Source of the DNA: Desulfobacterales bacterium
GTDB taxonomy: Bacteria > Desulfobacterota > Desulfobacteria > Desulfobacterales > Desulfococcaceae
Length of the DNA stretch: 64,000 bases
NCBI GenBank assembly: GCA_041390465.1
Contig: JAWKPW010000001.1
Span: 26,225 to 90,224, forward strand
Direction: 5' to 3'
Shown here: positions 58,261 through 64,000 of the stretch, piece after piece
How the letters are laid out: each line of letters opens with the position of its first letter
Numbering within the stretch: the stretch's first letter is position 1
Program-made: the position numbers and the translations under genes
The notes under the pieces: generated by a model
Told to the model about the DNA's origin: nothing
What the model saw: only the letters and a program-made list of their open reading frames with translations
Databases searched by the model: none

Positions 58261-59366
58261 TCATTCCCCAATCCCGGTCTTTTTCCATGACCTGTGGCAG
58301 AAAAGCCGGCTGGCCGGTGTCAGGTCATAAATGGCATCTGCGGCCATCAGCACAACCGCATTGGTCCAGGCAATTCTGTCTTCGGGCCAGATGGTCATGT
58401 CCGGCCAGGTATAACCGCACCAGTAGGAACCGTCCTCATATTTCTTGTCACTGATCCAGTTGAAGACAATCTCAGCCTGTCCGGTTTTTCCCATTGCAGC
58501 CAATGCCAGGCAGAATTCCGAGCTTTCCGCGACCGTCACCCAGGGCCGGTCTGACACACACCGCACGCCATGAGAATTGATGACAAATTTTTTCCAGTAT
58601 CGGTCAATGCGCTTGTGCGCGGCTTCTCCGCTTATTGCTCCGGACAGCACCGGATAGAACCAGTCCATGGAATAACGGGATTTGGTCATATTGAACAGAT
58701 GGGGACAGCAGCGGATGGCATGTCCGAGCCGCTGAAGCGATTCTTCCCATTCGGGCCGTTCATATCCCAGTATCCGCTGTGGCCAGTCCGCATTTGAGAC
58801 TCAGATACACGGAACTTGATGCCGTGAGGCAGGGCCATGGGATCCGGTTTTCCTTCAGGACTCACCGCCCAGTGGATTTCCCCGGTTTTGGCCTGCAGAC
58901 CTGTGGCAAATCCCAGAGCAGCATCCACTGCGGGCCACATGTTTTTGAGAAATTTTTCATCTCTGTGAATCAGATAATAATGATACACGCCCACAGCAAT
59001 GTAGGCAGCCATATGGCTTTCACGGGTTCTGTTTTCCGGTTCTCCCTGCCGGTAGGCCGAATACCAACTGCCGTCCGGCAACTGGTTTTCTGCCAGCCAG
59101 GCAAATGCCCGTCCGGCTTCTGCTGCATATCCGCCAATGCTCAGCCCCATGGCAGATTCCACATGATCCCAGGGATCGGTTTTATCTCCCCGGAACCAGG
59201 GAATTTCTCCGCTTCTGTACTGCGTATCCGCAATCTGTCCCGCAACTGTCTCCACATCCAGCCCAGCATAACTGTGCTGCACACTTTCGCAAATATACTG
59301 CCTCATCTGCCGGATAGCACCTTTCTCAACTCGGTATGAATTTTCAGATTTCCTGTAAACTGCCAT
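58261..59366 (-). CDS. Alpha/alpha-toroid repeat protein (prenyltransferase / squalene-cyclase-like 'DGSW' repeats), single frameshift near 58785-58805
   Basis: ORFs 58686..59366 and 58261..58689 belong together. Reading the downstream ORF's frame upstream gives 'ADWPQRILGYERPEWEESLQRLGHAIRCCPHLFNMTKS...' until a stop, so the true shift is near 'GTATCTGAGTCTCAAATGCGGACTGG'. Repeats 'QLPDGSWYSAY' and 'YEDGSYWCGYTWPD'. Confidence 0.6.
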
Positions 59367-59821
59367 GTACCGCAGACAGGCGTGAACAGGCCGTTTCCGC
59401 TGCAGCTATGATCAAACTTTCATGGCAAATAAAAAACTGATTTCATACCGTGAAAAAAAAATATGTGCAAGAGAAAAACATCCGGATTTTCTTTTCTGCA
59501 TTTCTTTTCACCCCTGAAAATCCTTCCCCTCTCTTTAAAAGGCTGAAACCTCATGAAAAACCCGACAGCATTTCTCTCAGGGGAGACAGTTTTTCTGCAT
59601 CATCAGGGGGGAGATCCGCTGTTCCCAAAAAAACAGATTTGCAGGGAAAATCTCTTTTTCGCAACGCAGTAATATCCCGCGAAAAAACAGGCAAAAAATC
59701 AATATCCGGCCGGAAATGATTCCCTGTCATGCCAATTCGCCATTGAAAATATGCTTTATGAAAAGCAGTTTTTGCGGAAGACAATGCCGGTTTGCCGTCG
59801 ATTCTGCAAAGTCCTGTCAGT

Positions 59822-59907
59822 TTTCTGTGACCTTTGTGCCCTCTGTGTGTCCTTTGCGGGCAAGGGGTAATGGAAAGCATGGTTTTAAAGGCGAATCGGT
59901 ATTACGC
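59822..59907. repeat. Dispersed intergenic repeat, modules C+B (second copy of the 45412-45501 element)
   Basis: 'TGTGACCTTTGTGCCCTCTGTGTGTCC' and 'AAGCATGGTTTTAAAGGCGAATCGGTATTACGC'. Confidence 0.7.
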
Positions 59908-59979
59908 TGAAGTCCGGAACATACAGAAAAAAACACTGGATTCCGCTTTTGCCGGAATGACAGCAGAACCGGGGCCCAT

Positions 59980-60250
59980 CTTTCCGGGCCCGCTTCGCTC
60001 ACTCCGAAAGGTGGAGCGCTCGCTGCCCACTACGGAAAATTCTCCATCAAGCTGAAAAGAATTAGAGCGCTCGCTTCTGCCCACCTGCAGAAAATTTCAT
60101 CAAGTAGTAGTAGGGTGGGCCCATGCTTTTCCGTGCCCACCTTCCGCATCGACTCTGCGCTGAAAAGGTGGGCAGCTCTGCACTTCTGCCCACCCTACGG
60201 AAAATTCTCATCAAAATTCCGGCTGCAAGGGCCAGTTGCATGGCAGCCAC
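59980..60250. repeat. Array of 4-5 degenerate REP-like hairpins (GGTGGGCAG...CTGCCCACC stems with 'CTACGGAAAATTCTCATCAA' tails)
   Basis: Units at about 60018, 60065, 60115, 60172 with 45-60-bp spacing. Each has inverted GGTGGGC/GCCCACC arms. Units are imperfect copies and there are no unique spacers. Confidence 0.65.
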
Positions 60251-60257
60251 CCGGTAA

Positions 60258-61574
60258 TCATGAACCGCTCGCAGATGGTTTGTCCGGGCCTTGCTGCAAT
60301 GCGGTTTCCGCATCCAGCAGATCTGTAATGGTGAACAGACCGGCATTGTAGCGGTTCTGCACAATGCGCAGGGATTCCCCGGCCTGCCCGGTTGCGGCCT
60401 GGGCTACCTTTATTCGCTCCCATGCGCTTTGAGCATTGAAAAACGCCTGCCGTGTCTCACCGCAGACCTGCTGCTCTGCAGCCCGGATCATGGCCTGCAC
60501 CTCTTCCAAACCTGCCTGCGCCTCCCGGATTCCAGCGGAAATCCGCCCGCCTGAATACAGGTTGAGGGAAACCAGCGCACCGATATTGTAATTGTCTGCA
60601 AAATCATCCCCTTTTTCGGAATTCAGTTCATAATTCCCTTCCAGACTTACCGAGGGATAATGCGCAGCCCGGGCTTTGGCCACTTCTTTTCCTGCAATGT
60701 TTTCCTGCAGTTTCAGGTGGGTAAGATCAGGCCGTGCGGAAAGAGCCCTGGCAATCCAGGCATCCAGGCTGTCACCAAGTCCTTTGCCTTTTTCCAGAGG
60801 ACTTGTGAGTTCATAAAGCATATTCCCGTCCACGCCCATAGCCACGTTGAGCATGCACCGGGCAATGTCGGTCTGGCTCCGGGCCTGGAGCAGTTGCTGT
60901 TCCAGATCCGCAATATGCACCTGCGCGCGCAGCAGATCACTTTTGACCACGAATCCTCCTTTGAACCGGGATTCCACCATGCGGAAATGGGTGCGCGCGG
61001 TTTCCAGGGACTGTTCCACCACTTTCAGGTTTTCAAGGGAAAGCAGCACGCCCGCATAAGCCGTGACGGTGCGGGCAATCACCTGCTGCCGGGCCCAGTC
61101 TGTCATGAAATTCACGGCCTCATGGCTGAGCCGGGCCTGCTGTCTGCCGTACCAGGTTCTGCCGCTGTCATACACAGGCCAGGATACGGAAACAGACGTG
61201 GCAAAATTGTCAATGGCATCCGGATGATTGAGGCGGCCGGGATCAAAATCCGCAGCAGTGATCTGCTCCTGATTGAGTTTGGTTCCGAAAGCCCACATGG
61301 GATTGGTGGTATGACTGTACCGCTGGCTCACCTGAACCTGCGGCATAAGACCAGCGTCCGCCTGTGTGATTCTTTCCTCTGCCGCGCGGATGCGTTTCTG
61401 CGCTGCCTCCAGGCCCGGATTGTGCGTGAGTGCGGTTTCCACTGCCTGGGAAATGCTCAGTTGCGGATTTTCAGCCGCCAAAGAAACACAGGAGAAAAGT
61501 ATGCCCATTCCCATAACAAGGGCAGGCCCGGAAAACAGGTTGCAAAACAGGGTTTGGTCAATGATGCGCCGCAT
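60258..61574 (-). CDS. TolC-family outer membrane efflux protein, C-terminus frameshifted near 60295 and running into the REP array
   Basis: Signal peptide, then two OEP repeats. The conserved C-terminal 'ALQQARTNHLRAVHDYRVAAMQLALAAGIL' is split between frames (ORF ends 'TALQQGPDKPSASGS*'; +1 frame continues 'ARTNHLRAVHDYRVAAMQLALAAGIL...' to 60062). An indel sits in 'CAAGGCCCGG'. Confidence 0.8.
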   Translation of the reverse strand: MRRIIDQTLFCNLFSGPALVMGMGILFSCVSLAAENPQLSISQAVETALTHNPGLEAAQKRIRAAEERITQADAGLMPQVQVSQRYSHTTNPMWAFGTKLNQEQITAADFDPGRLNHPDAIDNFATSVSVSWPVYDSGRTWYGRQQARLSHEAVNFMTDWARQQVIARTVTAYAGVLLSLENLKVVEQSLETARTHFRMVESRFKGGFVVKSDLLRAQVHIADLEQQLLQARSQTDIARCMLNVAMGVDGNMLYELTSPLEKGKGLGDSLDAWIARALSARPDLTHLKLQENIAGKEVAKARAAHYPSVSLEGNYELNSEKGDDFADNYNIGALVSLNLYSGGRISAGIREAQAGLEEVQAMIRAAEQQVCGETRQAFFNAQSAWERIKVAQAATGQAGESLRIVQNRYNAGLFTITDLLDAETALQQGPDKPSASGS

Positions 61575-61662
61575 TTTTCCCCCTTTTCTGGTTTTGATAA
61601 AACATCTGTGAGCAACTGACCATAAACAAAGCATGAAATGCGGGTGCGTAAAACCGGCTCCC

Positions 61663-62055
61663 TCATTTTACCGTGACCACAGGACATCGGGCTTCCATAA
61701 TCACATAACGGGCAGTGGAGCCGAAAATGATTTTGCCCACCCGTGAGCGCCGTTTCACACCCACAATGATTTCCTCTATATCATTTTCATTGGCAAATGT
61801 GACAATGTCCTCACCGGGCTCCAGTCCCCGAATCAGCAGACGGACATCGCAGAACACCCTGTTTTCCCTGCACAGGGTTTCTGCATAGGACAGATCCCTT
61901 TGGGCATTTTCAATTTTTTCCATATCCTCAGCCGCACCGCTTCCCAAAGAGCGGATAATGAAAAGCCTGCCGCCAAAAGCCTGGACATGCCTGATTCCCA
62001 GACGCAGGGCATCCCTTCCGGCATTTGATCCGTCATATCCCACCAGAATATTCAT
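61663..62055 (-). CDS. Universal stress protein (UspA family)
   Basis: 130 aa. 'ILVGYDGS...' N-terminus and C-terminal 'GVKRRSRVGKIIFGSTARYVIMEARCPVVTV' ATP-binding-type motif. Confidence 0.85.
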   Translation of the reverse strand: MNILVGYDGSNAGRDALRLGIRHVQAFGGRLFIIRSLGSGAAEDMEKIENAQRDLSYAETLCRENRVFCDVRLLIRGLEPGEDIVTFANENDIEEIIVGVKRRSRVGKIIFGSTARYVIMEARCPVVTVK

Positions 62056-62212
62056 AGAGTCCTCCTGAATGTTTTTTCATTGTCAGCAACTTACTGACAA
62101 GTCTTTGTCTGTAACCGGAACAAAGAATCTGCACATTGAAAGCTTTCCGGAGGGATTGCAAAAACACAGTTTTTGCAATCCGGAAACCGGTTCCGGAAGG
62201 GAAAAATCCCTG

Positions 62213-63568
62213 TCACTGTTTTTTGACAATGAGAAGATACATTTCCTTTTTTGCAAAAAAATGCTCCAGTTCATACTCGGAACCCGGAACCACGTCAAAA
62301 ACAACCCTGAAATCGGACAAGTATTCCCCATGAAGACCGGTACGGACAGTCTGGATCAGATTCCCCTTCACTTCGGTTTTCTGCCCAATTCCCTTTCCCG
62401 GACGTGTATTGCTGAAATCGCAGACAATCCGGGGAGAACCGGCTTTGATGAAAAAAATGTTCGGCGGTTTTGGCCCTTTGTACAGAAAATACACTTTTTC
62501 CTCATTTTCCTCCCCTTTTTCAATGCGGATTCCCTCCATTTTGTGCACAGGTGCAGGTGTCCGTTTTGCAAAAAGTTTTTTGTGGGCCCATCCGTCCCGG
62601 CCATCAGTCAGTTGCACCTGATACCATTCTTCTCCGCTTTCCTTTATGAGCACCTTTTCTCCTTTTTTCACAACAGCAAGAATCTCGGAGGCAAGATCAG
62701 GAGATTTCCGAATATTCCCGTTTGCGGTAAGGGCAATACGGCCTGCTGGGCTTATGTCCTTTTCCCTGAGTGTTTTTTCCCCCAGCGTGCTTCCGTGCAC
62801 CCATCCATGTTCCCCGTCATCCAACTGAATATGATACCATTCATCCTTTACCTCGATAACGCGAACAGCCTGCCCTTTTTTCAACTGTGCATTGATCTTT
62901 GCGCCCAGTGAGGCATCCTTCCGCACATTGGCTTTGTTCACCTGCACGGAAAGGGTTTTGGAGGAGACGGGAGACTCCTGGAATTTTTTGTCTTCTGAAG
63001 TATCGGTTTTATCCTCAGAAACCAATGTGTTTTTTTCGTCCCCGCTTTCCGGAGCATGGGATTTTTCAGGAGAAACCGCTGTTTCTTTCTCTTCCGCATC
63101 TTCCGGAGCATGGGATTTTTCAGGAGAAACCGCTGTTTCTTTTTCTTCTGCATCTTCCGGAGCATGGGATTTTTCAGGGGAAACCGCTGTTTCTTTTTCT
63201 TCCGCATCTTCCGGAGCATGGGATTTTTCAGGAGAAACCGCTGTTTCTTTTTTTTCCGCATCTTCCGGAGCATGGGATTTTTCAGGGGAAACTGCTGTGT
63301 TTTTCTCGTCCCCGCTTTCCGGAGCCTGGGTTTCCTCAGGGGAAACTGCTTCCGCCCTGTTTGCATTTTCAGATTCAGCAGATGCCGGAATCTCTTTGAT
63401 TTCAGAATCATTCACTGTTTTGCCCGTATGGGATGCAGGAACATCTGCCTTTGCTGCGGAAGCACTGCTTTCCCGCTGAGAATCTTCCTGCTGGGCAAAC
63501 CCTGTGGGGCCAAACATCGTTGCTGTTATGAAAACCATTGAAAAAAAGATAAATTTGACACATTTCAT
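62213..63568 (-). CDS. Secreted protein: signal peptide, acidic 18-aa tandem repeats (AVSPEKSHAPEDAEEKET x5-6), two bacterial SH3 domains, C-terminal AMIN domain
   Basis: 451 aa. SH3b-like 'GQAVRVIEVKDEWYHIQLDDGEHGWVH' and 'GEKVLIKESGEEWYQVQLTDGRDGWAH'. AMIN-like 'PRIVCDFSNTRPGKG...VRTGLHGEYLSDFRVVFDVVPGSEYELE'. Confidence 0.8.
   Translation of the reverse strand: MKCVKFIFFSMVFITATMFGPTGFAQQEDSQRESSASAAKADVPASHTGKTVNDSEIKEIPASAESENANRAEAVSPEETQAPESGDEKNTAVSPEKSHAPEDAEKKETAVSPEKSHAPEDAEEKETAVSPEKSHAPEDAEEKETAVSPEKSHAPEDAEEKETAVSPEKSHAPESGDEKNTLVSEDKTDTSEDKKFQESPVSSKTLSVQVNKANVRKDASLGAKINAQLKKGQAVRVIEVKDEWYHIQLDDGEHGWVHGSTLGEKTLREKDISPAGRIALTANGNIRKSPDLASEILAVVKKGEKVLIKESGEEWYQVQLTDGRDGWAHKKLFAKRTPAPVHKMEGIRIEKGEENEEKVYFLYKGPKPPNIFFIKAGSPRIVCDFSNTRPGKGIGQKTEVKGNLIQTVRTGLHGEYLSDFRVVFDVVPGSEYELEHFFAKKEMYLLIVKKQ
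63040..63345. repeat. Coding tandem repeat, 54-bp period, about 5.5 copies (inside the SH3b-AMIN gene)
   Basis: 'CCGGAGCATGGGATTTTTCAGGAGAAACCGCTGTTTCTTT(C/T)TCTTCCGCATCTT' repeated head-to-tail with more than 95% identity. Confidence 0.9.
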
Positions 63569-63608
63569 CTGAACATTCCTCCTTTCACAGAGACTGCATT
63601 GATCAGTA

Positions 63609-63675
63609 GGTTGGGGTGAACGCAGTGAACCCCAACAAATTCAAATTTTTGGGGTTCACTGCGTTCACCCCGGCC
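63609..63675. repeat. REP-like perfect 21-bp inverted repeat (GGGGTGAACGCAGTGAACCCC / GGGGTTCACTGCGTTCACCCC) with 17-nt AT-rich spacer
   Basis: Downstream of the SH3b-AMIN gene; same family as 14471-14556. Confidence 0.7.
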
Positions 63676-64000
63676 TGCCCCCAAATTATTGTCTTGAACA
63701 CTGTAAAAACCCTTCATCCGGTTTTATGACAATACCCGGACAGTGATGCATATCTGTATTCATCTTATGTCAAGCATTTCCTGTGATCAATATAAAAATG
63801 ACCAAAGCGTGTCTGAAAAACTGAGACAGTGAAAAAAAGGTCTTTTCGCATCCCTGCATCTCACGTTTTCCAGATTTCCTTTCATGCAGGGGACACATTC
63901 TGCAATGTCCCTCCAGGTTTCTTCAATCCGCATTCTTTGTTTCCATGACTGCCTGTTTCAGATGAAAAAAACCTTTTCTTATGGACAATTCAATGGTAAA

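Noticed and set aside
58686-58689. Two separate translationally coupled genes (ATGA overlap) for the alpha-toroid protein
   Set aside because: The downstream ORF's frame read upstream gives conserved-looking sequence for 30 more codons before a stop, and the upstream ORF's last ~35 aa look like out-of-frame translation. A single gene with one frameshift explains this better.
59980-60250. Possible CRISPR array (regularly spaced ~30-bp repeats)
   Set aside because: Repeat units are degenerate rather than identical. Each is itself a hairpin. The sequences between units are short (15-25 bp) and irregular. No cas genes or leader are present. Better explained as a REP-like hairpin cluster.
60660-61619. 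319-aa plus-strand ORF
   Set aside because: Antisense to the TolC-like gene.
63040-63345. Possible CRISPR or minisatellite from the 54-bp direct repeats
   Set aside because: Repeats are exactly head-to-tail with no spacers and lie inside a long ORF, where they encode an 18-aa acidic unit. This is a coding tandem repeat.

Overview
The window looks like accessory-rich chromosomal DNA from an anaerobic Desulfobacterota/deltaproteobacterium-like organism. The gene content points that way but taxonomy cannot be confirmed without a database search. Most of the window codes for protein, and the intergenic gaps are packed with several families of short dispersed and palindromic repeats.

Main blocks, in order:
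- (1) 1..10154, minus strand: an MSHA-type type IV pilus biogenesis operon. Gene order is a PilM/PilN fusion, PilO-like, PilP-like, secretin lipoprotein, ExeA/MshM-like ATPase, MshE/GspE ATPase and GspF platform, then a membrane-anchored sigma-54 enhancer-binding protein that runs off the left edge. A standalone cNMP-binding protein sits upstream.
- (2) 10.9-12.8 kb: a decayed locus with a tRNA 3'-end-like fragment, a near-consensus sigma-70 promoter, an orphan HK97-family prohead-protease homolog with a Pro/Gln-rich linker and C-terminal membrane anchor, an in-frame C-terminal fragment of a TsaA/YaeB-like gene, and a hypothetical gene.
- (3) 13133..14428: enolase.
- (4) 14671..25932: two giant multi-sensor kinases that share a duplicated ~1.9 kb HisKA-HATPase-REC-Hpt-plus-unknown C-terminal module. 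One has two periplasmic SBP domains and PAS domains and is 1464 aa. The other is 2270 aa with a Ser/Thr kinase, AAA/NACHT-like domain, TPR, GAF, PAS, HK, REC and Hpt.
- (5) 26250..28816: a P-type cation ATPase with a frameshift. It is followed by an island-like, repeat-laden non-coding stretch holding one hypothetical gene, strong promoters and a possible small protein.
- (6) 31-39 kb: a flotillin/SPFH protein with an N-terminal tandem-repeat array, a class IV aminotransferase, a SPOR-domain lipoprotein, an RNase II/R-family exonuclease and a PAS-GGDEF cyclase.
- (7) 39653..42724: a putative sensory [FeFe]-hydrogenase signalling module. It has a NuoE/HndA-like 2Fe-2S protein, two DRTGG proteins, a histidine-kinase-like ATPase and a HydS-like hydrogenase-domain protein with altered H-cluster motifs and a C-terminal Cx2Cx4Cx16C motif. 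No catalytic hydrogenase or NuoF gene lies nearby.
- (8) 42.8-46.1 kb: a Uma2 endonuclease, TgpA transglutaminase and a multiply frameshifted HD-domain pseudogene.
- (9) 46493..53321: carA and a translationally coupled operon of a UDPGP-family sugar-nucleotide pyrophosphorylase, a CDP-alcohol phosphatidyltransferase, cdsA and plsC, then ilvE.
- (10) 53.5-63.6 kb: an EamA transporter, a NUDIX hydrolase, an AI-2E transporter, a hexapeptide acetyltransferase, a frameshifted alpha/alpha-toroid protein, a frameshifted TolC-like outer membrane protein whose 3' end runs into an array of REP-like hairpins, UspA, and a secreted SH3b-SH3b-AMIN protein with 54-bp tandem repeats.

At least six conserved genes carry single-base frameshifts. 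That means either assembly indel errors or real pseudogenisation. No CRISPR array, rRNA or intact tRNA gene was found.
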